Virus record (IMG/VR): IMGVR_UViG_3300020045_011032
Coordinates: 1-24,415 of that record
Strand: one strand, 5' to 3'
Source of the DNA: a virus
Taxonomy: Duplodnaviria > Caudoviricetes
DNA: 24,415 nt
Shown: one piece after another, positions 7,947-15,369 of the stretch
Layout of the letters: the number at the start of each line of letters is the position of its first letter
How positions within the stretch are numbered: the stretch's first letter is position 1
Program-made: the position numbers and the translations under genes
The notes under the pieces: model-generated
What the model saw: only the letters and a program-made list of their open reading frames with translations
Told to the model about the DNA's origin: nothing
Databases searched by the model: none

Positions 7947-9191
7947 ATGAAAAAAATCATTTTACTATTATCAATCGCTCTATTTTCTTGTGGAAATCCA
8001 CAGAAAGAAAAATTAACAAATGATGTTGAAAATCACTTTGCGAAATTAGCGGATAGTTGCCAGGTTGTAACTTCTAATCTATACAACAAAGAAACTGCAA
8101 CAATCGGACAAGCTATCTTATCTAATGGAACTTTTACCATAAACACGAATAACGTTGTTTCCGAATTTATTCAATTAGAACCAAGTACAACGTATAGCTA
8201 TTCAGGAGCAAAAGGATTAGGAAATTACAACTACCTATATGATAGTAACTATAATCCAGTACGTTCACTTGGAGCGTTAGTAAATGGAAGTTTTACCACA
8301 AATGCTACTACCGAAATTTATGCAAGATTTACAGTTGGAAATGCATCATTTGGAACTGGAACTGATAAAGGAATGCTTCAAATCAATAAAGGAGCTACAG
8401 TTGATTATCTACAGCCATTTGGGGTTCAAAGGTGTTTAAGTTTTACTGATTTTCTTCCTGAAAACGCAGTACTTGTTTTAATTGATTTGGGTCAAAGTAA
8501 TGCTTTAGGAGCATGCGTAAACAATACAGGTGGGTCTTTTAAATCTGAACGCCAACAAACTAACATTGTTCAAGAATGGAATAAAACCGCTGGTGTATTT
8601 CAAAACCAAAACATTGACTCTCGTGGAAGTCATGGAATTAATTTAACACTTCAAAAGTTGGCTTACAAACTTTCACGACCATTTTACTATGTTAATTGTG
8701 CTGTCGGTGGCACAAATATTTCGAAACATTTACCACCTAACGGTTCCGTTTATTTAACAACCAATACTGCTATTGTCAATTCAATTAATCAACTTATTGC
8801 ATCTGGGAAACGACCTTTTGTATGGGTAAGATGGGTTCAAGGCGAAAGCGATAGCACATCACAAACAGGAGTAAATGCTTATACTAACAAGCAAATAAGC
8901 TGGCTTAATTTCTGGAAATCTAAATTAGGTCAAAACGTACCTTTTATTTTTGGAGGAATAAATGTTTGGGGAATTGAACCAAATCCAACCTATGATGTAG
9001 CAATAAATCAAACTAAAATTAATTTAGCAAATCAAGGTTTGGTAACTTTTTATGATGTAACTCAATTCTCGTTTACAGTAGGTAATGATGAACACCGAAA
9101 TTATAATGGCTATGCTCAAGAAGCAAATTATGTTTGGAATTTACTAAATCAAATTCAACCTACAGAAATTACACAAACTTTAAATTTATAA
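7947..9191 (+). CDS. Lipoprotein with SGNH sialate/carbohydrate O-acetylesterase domain
   Basis: Signal peptide II MKKIILLLSIALFS-C; blocks GQSNA, CAVGGT, WVQGESD and a C-terminal His (NDEH). Confidence 0.78.
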   Translation: MKKIILLLSIALFSCGNPQKEKLTNDVENHFAKLADSCQVVTSNLYNKETATIGQAILSNGTFTINTNNVVSEFIQLEPSTTYSYSGAKGLGNYNYLYDSNYNPVRSLGALVNGSFTTNATTEIYARFTVGNASFGTGTDKGMLQINKGATVDYLQPFGVQRCLSFTDFLPENAVLVLIDLGQSNALGACVNNTGGSFKSERQQTNIVQEWNKTAGVFQNQNIDSRGSHGINLTLQKLAYKLSRPFYYVNCAVGGTNISKHLPPNGSVYLTTNTAIVNSINQLIASGKRPFVWVRWVQGESDSTSQTGVNAYTNKQISWLNFWKSKLGQNVPFIFGGINVWGIEPNPTYDVAINQTKINLANQGLVTFYDVTQFSFTVGNDEHRNYNGYAQEANYVWNLLNQIQPTEITQTLNL

Positions 9192-9196
9192 ATATT

Positions 9197-9328
9197 ATGA
9201 AAGCAATTTTAGCATTAGATCAAGAGGCGACAAAAGAGCAATTAGAATTTACAGAAAAAACAATTGCCTTAGCAAAAGAAGTAGGATTGGAATTAGAATT
9301 AATTGGTGGTCGTCCAAATGACAGATAA
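9197..9328 (+). CDS. 43-aa peptide ending ELIGGRPNDR (start corrected from 9134)
   Basis: ATG in typical AATATTATG context 5 nt after the upstream stop; overlaps the next ATG. Confidence 0.75.
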   Translation: MKAILALDQEATKEQLEFTEKTIALAKEVGLELELIGGRPNDR

Positions 9329-9635
9329 ACTATTTAATATAATTGTATTTTTCTCACTGTTATTAGATATAGCAGTGAGAAATTATAGTTATATGTTTCC
9401 GCAACACTTTTACTATACTGGCGAGGCTATTTTAATACTTTCAATTGCAAGTTTTTTGTATTATGTAAAAGATACAGCAATAACTTTTTTAGTATTTATG
9501 TTGGCTTTAAACAACTTATGTGACGAGTTATTTTTCAATCCAAAAGAATTAAGTTATAATGAATTATCGTTTGCTGTAATAGCTATTGCAATGTTGATTT
9601 TAAGACGAATTTTAAAAATAAACTTGTATGATTAA
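9318..9635 (+). CDS. Four-TM membrane protein (105 aa; start corrected from 9303)
   Basis: About four hydrophobic segments; polar motif LNNLCDELFFNP...SYNE. Confidence 0.75.
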   Translation: MTDKLFNIIVFFSLLLDIAVRNYSYMFPQHFYYTGEAILILSIASFLYYVKDTAITFLVFMLALNNLCDELFFNPKELSYNELSFAVIAIAMLILRRILKINLYD

Positions 9636-9861
9636 ATTTATAAAAGATACACTTCAAACCAATGGTAAATGGTCGTTAAAACGATGTTTAGCGGTGTTGT
9701 TTTCGCATTATGTTATAGTTTACACTTATACACCATCTTGGAATAGTGCCTTTGAAGTTTTAGAGTTTGTTGTTGCTTCAATATTAATGTTTGTGGCTAC
9801 ATTGTTAGGATTGAATGAATATGCAAAAAGATTACAATTGAAAAATAAAAGCGAAGAGTAA
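9628..9861 (+). CDS. Putative holin (2 TM)
   Basis: 77 aa, NGKWSLKR then two hydrophobic segments and a charged tail; upstream of the endolysin. Confidence 0.6.
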   Translation: MIKFIKDTLQTNGKWSLKRCLAVLFSHYVIVYTYTPSWNSAFEVLEFVVASILMFVATLLGLNEYAKRLQLKNKSEE

Positions 9862-10214
9862 TGCATTATAAATTTTTACTAAAGTTTAGCGATGCTTTTT
9901 TTGGTTTAATAGCTGGAATTAATTTTTTGCAGTTTTTACCTTTAATTGCGCAACAACCAATGTCTGTTTTGTCGGAAGTTGACAATTCGATAAAGGTAGG
10001 AATGTCTTTATTTGGATTTATATATTTTGGTTTAAGAATTTATTACTATCATCAAAATCAAAAAACAGATATTAAATTAAAAAACGAACAAATTAGACAA
10101 CTTGAAATTGATAACAACGCAAAAATAATGCCTCAATATTTATTTAAAAACGACATTGAAAGCCTTAAAGAAAGCGGAGAATATGAAATTAGTGAGGAAC
10201 GATTAAAAAAATAA
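9861..10214 (+). CDS. Two-TM membrane protein, holin/antiholin-like
   Basis: Two hydrophobic helices plus charged coiled C-terminus, adjacent to the endolysin. Confidence 0.55.
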   Translation: MHYKFLLKFSDAFFGLIAGINFLQFLPLIAQQPMSVLSEVDNSIKVGMSLFGFIYFGLRIYYYHQNQKTDIKLKNEQIRQLEIDNNAKIMPQYLFKNDIESLKESGEYEISEERLKK

Positions 10215-10220
10215 AACATT

Positions 10221-10766
10221 ATGATATTTATTTCAGCAGGACATAATCCAAAAGGGATTAAAAAAGATAGTGGAGCAGTAGGCAACGGATATACAGAAGC
10301 TAATTTAGCGGTTGAATTCCGTAATTTAGTAATAGCACAACTAAAAAATAAAAAAGCTCCTTACGTTTCAGATAATGACGACGAAAGACTGTCGGAATAT
10401 TTAGAACGCATTAAAACTGGAAATGCTTCGGTTGTGTTGGAATTTCATTTTGACGCTTCGGACAAACCAACAGCAACTGGAACAACAGCTTTAGTCGGAA
10501 CAGATGCGGACAGATTAGATAATGCTTTTGCTAAAGAATTGGTTAATGCTACGGCTTTTAGGTTAGGTATTAAAAATAGAGGCGTTATAAATGAGGCTCA
10601 AAGTCATAGAGGACGTTTAGGATTGATGCGTGAAAACGGAATAGTTTGTTTATTAGAATTGTGTTTTATTTCAAATATTTATGATTTAACAGCGTATCAC
10701 GAAAATAAACAACAATTAGCAAAAGACATAGCAGAAATTGTTATAAAATATGATGCTTTGATTTAA
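10221..10766 (+). CDS. Endolysin, N-acetylmuramoyl-L-alanine amidase (Amidase_3)
   Basis: IFISAGH, GA.GNG.TE, LEFHFDA and LLELCFISN zinc/catalytic motifs; no cell-wall-binding domain. Confidence 0.93.
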   Translation: MIFISAGHNPKGIKKDSGAVGNGYTEANLAVEFRNLVIAQLKNKKAPYVSDNDDERLSEYLERIKTGNASVVLEFHFDASDKPTATGTTALVGTDADRLDNAFAKELVNATAFRLGIKNRGVINEAQSHRGRLGLMRENGIVCLLELCFISNIYDLTAYHENKQQLAKDIAEIVIKYDALI

Positions 10767-10784
10767 TTCATACACTAACGCTAA

Positions 10785-10846
10785 ATTAAACCAAAAGTTT
10801 GGGTATAGCCACCAAATAAAAAACGTGAGGTACTTTTGGTTTTAAT
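10785..10846 (+). other. Structured intergenic element (11-bp stem enclosing a small hairpin and A tract)
   Basis: AAACCAAAAGT (10788-10798) is the perfect reverse complement of ACTTTTGGTTT (10832-10842). Confidence 0.55.
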
Positions 10847-10940
10847 CAAATAAGGTTTTAATTTTCAATATTTATAAAGCACATAAAATCAAATAATTAA
10901 CAAATGTTACCCCTATCAATAAGGGATACAAATCAAATAA
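10844..10940 (+). repeat. Three copies of AATCAAATAA at 43-44 nt period
   Basis: Copies start at 10844, 10887 and 10931. Confidence 0.6.
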
Positions 10941-10947
10941 CCATCAA

Positions 10948-11754
10948 ATGAAAAACAAAGAAGTATTAATATTACGTTGCTTGGTTGGCTTACTGCTTTT
11001 GTGGTTGGTATTATCGTTTTTAAAATACAACAGTCAAAGAAATTTTGACAGTTCGACACTGACAAAAAAAGAAACCGAAAACGTCGAAATCCAACACGCA
11101 AAAGATTTGCTACAGTCAAAGTATGACAATGTTTTAAATAGAGTTAAAAGTGATTCTATTAAATCAATTGCATCAGCTAAACAGTTGGAGCAAATGAAAA
11201 AACAAGCGGTCCAGAATCAGGCTAAACTAAAACTATTTGACAGTGGAGAAATTGCGATGTTTTACAAAGAGCGTTACGAGTTATGGAATGAAGTTAAAAC
11301 AACTGCCAACGGAACTGAAGTTAGCGATACGGTTGGAATTAAGATTATTTCCGATTTAGTTGCTGGTGACGATGCTATAAATCAATTAAGGTTTACAAAT
11401 GAAATTTTAAAGGATTGTGAATTGACATCGAAGCGAAAAGATACTTTGATTAATAATTGTGAAAAAAGGGTATTGCTAACCGAAAAACAATATGGAAATT
11501 CTTTAATCGATAATTATATTCTTAAAACTGAAAATTCAAAACTGAAAGCAGAAAACAACAGAGAGGTAAAATTTAGGCTTTTAGGAGGGCTTGAATACGG
11601 AAACAATGTTACACTATCAAATTCGATTTTTAAAGCTAATTTAAGCGGTCAAAATCGTAAAGGAAACATATATAGGTTTTCGGTTGATAATAATAAAAAC
11701 TACTATATCGGATATGATTTTAGCATATTCAGCATCAAAGGAAAAAAGAAATAG
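10948..11754 (+). CDS. Spanin-like lysis protein
   Basis: Single N-terminal TM, long helical/coiled region, C-terminal amphipathic beta strands; last gene before the terminator, after the endolysin. Confidence 0.55.
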   Translation: MKNKEVLILRCLVGLLLLWLVLSFLKYNSQRNFDSSTLTKKETENVEIQHAKDLLQSKYDNVLNRVKSDSIKSIASAKQLEQMKKQAVQNQAKLKLFDSGEIAMFYKERYELWNEVKTTANGTEVSDTVGIKIISDLVAGDDAINQLRFTNEILKDCELTSKRKDTLINNCEKRVLLTEKQYGNSLIDNYILKTENSKLKAENNREVKFRLLGGLEYGNNVTLSNSIFKANLSGQNRKGNIYRFSVDNNKNYYIGYDFSIFSIKGKKK

Positions 11755-11775
11755 TTTTAGTTTAAGTTAGTTTTG

Positions 11776-11806
11776 AAAAGTACTCATTAATTTGGGTGCT
11801 TTTTTT
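11776..11806 (+). terminator. Intrinsic terminator ending the structural/lysis operon
   Basis: AAAAGTACTCA-ttaatt-TGGGTGCTTTTTTT. Confidence 0.85.
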
Positions 11807-11833
11807 GTTTATTAAAAATTAATGAAAAATAAA

Positions 11834-11886
11834 TTAAAAGTTTAGTTGTTTATTAAAATAATATTATATATTTGCTAAACTTTTAA
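11834..11886 (+). promoter_or_regulatory. Bacteroidota-type promoter flanked by a perfect 12-bp inverted repeat
   Basis: TTG (11846-48), 18 nt, TATATTTG (11867-74); flanks TTAAAAGTTTAG / CTAAACTTTTAA. Confidence 0.78.
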
Positions 11887-11898
11887 AACAGAAAACAA

Positions 11899-12147
11899 AT
11901 GAGTAGTGAAAAATTTACAATCCAAGTATCGGGAGTTAGGGAATCTGATAATAGCATTGGGGCTTTAGTTGATTTAAAATTTAATGAAAAAGGAGATTGT
12001 ACAAGTGCAATGACTTTAGTTTGGTTTCCAAAGTCAATATGCAGTATTGCTTTAGTGGAAAAAAAAGGAGAAGAAATATGGAATAAATATTTCATTACTG
12101 CTCCAGAATGGTTTTTAATCAAAAATAATGTGCCTTATGAAAAATAG
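11899..12147 (+). CDS. Hypothetical early protein
   Basis: 82 aa; LVWFPKS...APEWF motifs. Confidence 0.7.
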   Translation: MSSEKFTIQVSGVRESDNSIGALVDLKFNEKGDCTSAMTLVWFPKSICSIALVEKKGEEIWNKYFITAPEWFLIKNNVPYEK

Positions 12148-12250
12148 AAAACCGATCACAAAACAGCAAATGAATCGACAAGGAATATTTAACATTGTAT
12201 TAGGATTCGTAATTTGGTTAGTCGTAATGTTTAAGCTAAAAGTATTTTAG
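12137..12250 (+). CDS. Small single-TM protein (37 aa)
   Basis: Hand translation MKNRKPITKQQMNRQGIFNIVLGFVIWLVVMFKLKVF*. Confidence 0.55.
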   Translation: MKNRKPITKQQMNRQGIFNIVLGFVIWLVVMFKLKVF

Positions 12251-12251
12251 T

Positions 12252-12431
12252 ATGGAGCGTACAGCAGAAATATTCCATGTAAACAACAATGTTAGATTGA
12301 TGCGAATTGCATTAAATCCGATAAAAGATTTTACTCCAAGAGTATTGATGGTTAGATTACCTAAAACACAAACTGATGTAAACGATAATCAGTTTAAAAA
12401 AACAATTTCAGAAACTACTAAAATATATTAA
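12252..12431 (+). CDS. Small hypothetical protein (59 aa)
   Basis: Hand translation MERTAEIFHVNNNVRLMRIAL...ETTKIY*; fills gap. Confidence 0.55.
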   Translation: MERTAEIFHVNNNVRLMRIALNPIKDFTPRVLMVRLPKTQTDVNDNQFKKTISETTKIY

Positions 12432-12433
12432 TT

Positions 12434-12850
12434 ATGAAAACTGATTATAATCAAAACAATTACTATACTAATGTGTTATTATCACTAAAAATAGCAGAAA
12501 ATGAAATACAAAAATTAGGATTTAATATTGTTAAAGATAATGATATTATAGATTTATTTTTAAACGTTAGCAAAAGTAAAATGATTGTTTTTTATAAAAA
12601 TAATAGAGTTTTAAAAAATAATGAAAAAGCTTTAAGAAATAGGAGAAATGAAATAAATATTGTTCAATATTATTATTATTCAGCTTATTTTGAAATAGAA
12701 AATAAAAAAACAGGACAAATACATACAATTAGAATATCAGACCATGAGCCTAATGGAGTTCCTAATGATTATATTTTTACCATTAAATCAACTAATGGAG
12801 ATTTTTTTATAAATTCAGTTCACGTAAATAAAATTTTAAAAAATAAATAA
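12434..12850 (+). CDS. Hypothetical protein with IRISDH motif
   Basis: 138 aa, very AT-rich. Confidence 0.65.
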   Translation: MKTDYNQNNYYTNVLLSLKIAENEIQKLGFNIVKDNDIIDLFLNVSKSKMIVFYKNNRVLKNNEKALRNRRNEINIVQYYYYSAYFEIENKKTGQIHTIRISDHEPNGVPNDYIFTIKSTNGDFFINSVHVNKILKNK

Positions 12851-12852
12851 TT

Positions 12853-13164
12853 ATGGCAGAATTTAAAGGAACTACGGAAGATTTAAAAATTAGAATTAGT
12901 AACGAAATAGGAATATCAATAGGTTCTGATAATGAATCAATATGTACTGTTTGGAATCATGAGAAAAAAGAGGCTAACGCCAATCTAATAATCGATGCTT
13001 TCAAAGTACGTCAACAAATCAACTGCGAGTTATCGGAGTTGTTGGAACAGAATAAGGAAATGTTTGAGATGTTGAGTGTTATTTTAGAGGGTAAATGTGA
13101 TATACCTGAATGGAAAAAAGAAAAAGCAAAACAAATACTAACTAAAATAACAGACAATGAATAA
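12853..13164 (+). CDS. Hypothetical phage protein
   Basis: 103 aa; MAEFKGT...EANANLI pattern. Confidence 0.7.
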   Translation: MAEFKGTTEDLKIRISNEIGISIGSDNESICTVWNHEKKEANANLIIDAFKVRQQINCELSELLEQNKEMFEMLSVILEGKCDIPEWKKEKAKQILTKITDNE

Positions 13165-13381
13165 GTTAAGAGAAAAATTTAGCGAATCATTTCCTCATTA
13201 TTCAAATGAACATTTTATTGACCAATGCGAACAAATAACAGACGATTTTAGTGTTGCATTATTAGTATGGTTGGTAAGAATAGACCCAAAAGATGTAGAA
13301 AAAGAAATTGACTATAATCAAAGTGATGAGATTGTCGCAAAAGAACTACAAAAATACTTCAAAGACAACATTTACAAATAA
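13157..13381 (+). CDS. Hypothetical protein
   Basis: 74-aa ORF overlapping the upstream stop. Confidence 0.65.
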   Translation: MNKLREKFSESFPHYSNEHFIDQCEQITDDFSVALLVWLVRIDPKDVEKEIDYNQSDEIVAKELQKYFKDNIYK

Positions 13382-13392
13382 CAACTTGAAAA

Positions 13393-13587
13393 ATGGCACA
13401 AGAAAGAAACAAGAAGCGCAAAGATGTTCCAGAAGAAACGATTTTTGAAAATCAAAAAAGAGCAAAGTTATCGGCTCAAAAAGTTTTGGAAATAGCAAAA
13501 GAGCAAGAGGCTGAAAAAATTAAAAACGGACATAGATACATTTCTAGTATTGATGGAAAAACGAAAACTTTAACTAAACAAAAATAA
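13393..13587 (+). CDS. Hypothetical basic protein
   Basis: 64-aa ORF, tightly packed. Confidence 0.65.
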   Translation: MAQERNKKRKDVPEETIFENQKRAKLSAQKVLEIAKEQEAEKIKNGHRYISSIDGKTKTLTKQK

Positions 13588-13589
13588 TC

Positions 13590-14066
13590 ATGGACAACAA
13601 AAAATTAATTAGCAGTATAGATTTCGGAAAACAATTAAAAGATGTTACGGATTCTGATTATCGTAGATTAAGAGATAATTATGATAAGTTTCTAAAACAA
13701 CAGAACACGTTATCAATGTTTGTTCCTTGTGATGATGAGGGTAATGTTTTGGAAGAGCCAAATCTATATAATGGAGGTTATATTTTTGAAATTCATGATG
13801 AACTCATTGGAAAACCAATAGAATACGATACTGAATTATTCGAAAGTGATTTGCAAGAATACCAACAAGCAAAAAAAAGAGTTTTATTTGATGGATTTGA
13901 TTTATTAGAAAAGCATTCTTGGGGATTTGTTTTAATAATGAGAGGAGAAGATTGGAGCGAAACTATATCGGTTATGTATGAAGATACAATTGAAGATTTA
14001 CTTACTTATTCTTTTGACCCACAATTTGAATTAACTCCAAGTGCATTAAAACAATTTAAAATTTAA
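13590..14066 (+). CDS. Hypothetical phage protein
   Basis: 158 aa; MFVPCDDEGNVLEEP, EYQQAKKRVLF. Confidence 0.72.
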   Translation: MDNKKLISSIDFGKQLKDVTDSDYRRLRDNYDKFLKQQNTLSMFVPCDDEGNVLEEPNLYNGGYIFEIHDELIGKPIEYDTELFESDLQEYQQAKKRVLFDGFDLLEKHSWGFVLIMRGEDWSETISVMYEDTIEDLLTYSFDPQFELTPSALKQFKI

Positions 14067-14071
14067 TAATC

Positions 14072-14506
14072 ATGGAAAATATATTAACATTAGAACATTT
14101 AGCGCCTTATTTGCCTTATGGTTTGAAAGTAAAGGTAGAAGATTATAAATGTGATTACGTAGGTCGTGAATTTGATGAAGTAATAGGATTTCATCAATGG
14201 GATAAAAGCGGTTTATTATGGTCAGTTTTAACAGAAGGTGGTGCAAAACCGAGTTTAAATAGAGTAAAACCAATCCTAAGACCACTATCAGACCTCACAA
14301 AAGAAATTGAAGTTGATGGAGAAAAGTTCGTACCTTTAAATAAATTAAGATTAGATTTTGATTTAGATTTTGATGCGGAAGAAAGAAGTTTTGTCAATAT
14401 GTTTGAAATATTAGAAGATTACAATAAACTTCTAAAATGGCACTTCGACGTTCACGGACTTATTCCGAAAAATTTAGCAATTGATATTAATACTTTAGAA
14501 AAATAA
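14072..14506 (+). CDS. Hypothetical phage protein
   Basis: 144 aa; LAPYLPYGLK, KPILRPLSDLTKEI, WHFDVHGLI. Confidence 0.75.
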   Translation: MENILTLEHLAPYLPYGLKVKVEDYKCDYVGREFDEVIGFHQWDKSGLLWSVLTEGGAKPSLNRVKPILRPLSDLTKEIEVDGEKFVPLNKLRLDFDLDFDAEERSFVNMFEILEDYNKLLKWHFDVHGLIPKNLAIDINTLEK

Positions 14507-14508
14507 TC

Positions 14509-14637
14509 ATGGAAAAGGAATTTTTAGAATTACCAACTTGCGATAAAATAGCCATTTTATTTACTTCATTAGCAATATTACTTTGCTTATTTGTATGGTT
14601 TAATAAAATTTATAAAAAGCATAAAAAATGGCACTAA
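14509..14637 (+). CDS. Small single-TM protein (42 aa)
   Basis: Hand translation MEKEFLELPTCDKIAILFTSLAILLCLFVWFNKIYKKHKKWH*. Confidence 0.55.
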   Translation: MEKEFLELPTCDKIAILFTSLAILLCLFVWFNKIYKKHKKWH

Positions 14638-14807
14638 AAAACGAACTTAAAGTGCCATTCAAAACACGAAAAGAAGGCTATTTAAACGATTTATATATGC
14701 GTTGGTTATCAAGTAATTAGATTATACCAAATGCAGTCGTAAATCGCTTTAAAAAAGACGTAGAAGAAATCAGAAAAGATAATCCAATTTATAACGGTAA
14801 AATTTAG
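14628..14807 (+). pseudogene. 59-codon gene interrupted by an in-frame TAG at 14718-14720
   Basis: MALKNELKVPFKTRKEGYLNDLYMRWLSSN*IIPNAVVNRFKKDVEEIRKDNPIYNGKI*, ending 2 nt before the next ATG. Confidence 0.5.
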
Positions 14808-14809
14808 TT

Positions 14810-15211
14810 ATGACAAAGCAAGAAAAAATACAAGAGGCATACGGAGATTATTGGGAGCAAGTGAAAGATTTTATGAAAGATGATTTTGGAACTTGTGATA
14901 ATTTAAAAATGGAAATTGGTAAAAAAATGGAGAAAAATGGCTTACCGATAAGATGGAGATTTTTAAAATACTTCAGACCTGTATCATTAGACAACATTGA
15001 AACCAACAATGGTTGGATTAAGATTGAAAGCGAAAATGATTTGCCGAAAACTGGAACTTATGATATGTCATCTGTAAAACTATATTATTTTACTAATAAT
15101 GGATTTTATGAAGCGAATGACTATAAAAAATGGAAAACACATTGTGATAATTTAGAAATCACACATTTCAGATTTGAACCAATTTTTAAACCAGAACAAC
15201 CAATTTATTAA
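14810..15211 (+). CDS. Hypothetical phage protein (DUF551-like C-terminal part)
   Basis: 133 aa; NNGWIKIESENDLPK...ITHF. Confidence 0.65.
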   Translation: MTKQEKIQEAYGDYWEQVKDFMKDDFGTCDNLKMEIGKKMEKNGLPIRWRFLKYFRPVSLDNIETNNGWIKIESENDLPKTGTYDMSSVKLYYFTNNGFYEANDYKKWKTHCDNLEITHFRFEPIFKPEQPIY

Positions 15212-15213
15212 TT

Positions 15214-15369
15214 ATGTCAAAAAGAGAGCAAATAATCGAGTTAAAAGATGGTAGAAAAATATTTAAAACTGATAATGGTTTTAAATATTATGTGGAAACT
15301 AAAAAAGGTGTTGTAACAGAAACAACAGAAGAATATTACAACAAAGCTAAAAATAATCGTAAAAAATAA
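15214..15369 (+). CDS. Small hypothetical protein (51 aa)
   Basis: Hand translation MSKREQIIELKDGRKIFKTDNG...NNRKK*; TAATG overlap with the next gene. Confidence 0.6.
   Translation: MSKREQIIELKDGRKIFKTDNGFKYYVETKKGVVTETTEEYYNKAKNNRKK

Noticed and set aside
6581-9191. Diversity-generating retroelement acting on the fibre or esterase gene
   Set aside because: No reverse transcriptase and no template/variable repeat pair were seen in the window.
9134-9196. Longer 64-aa version of the peptide ORF from the track
   Set aside because: It uses a TTG inside the esterase gene; the ATG at 9197 has the typical start context just after the upstream stop.
10844-10940. Mini CRISPR array
   Set aside because: Repeats are only 10 nt and non-palindromic, and no cas genes are present.
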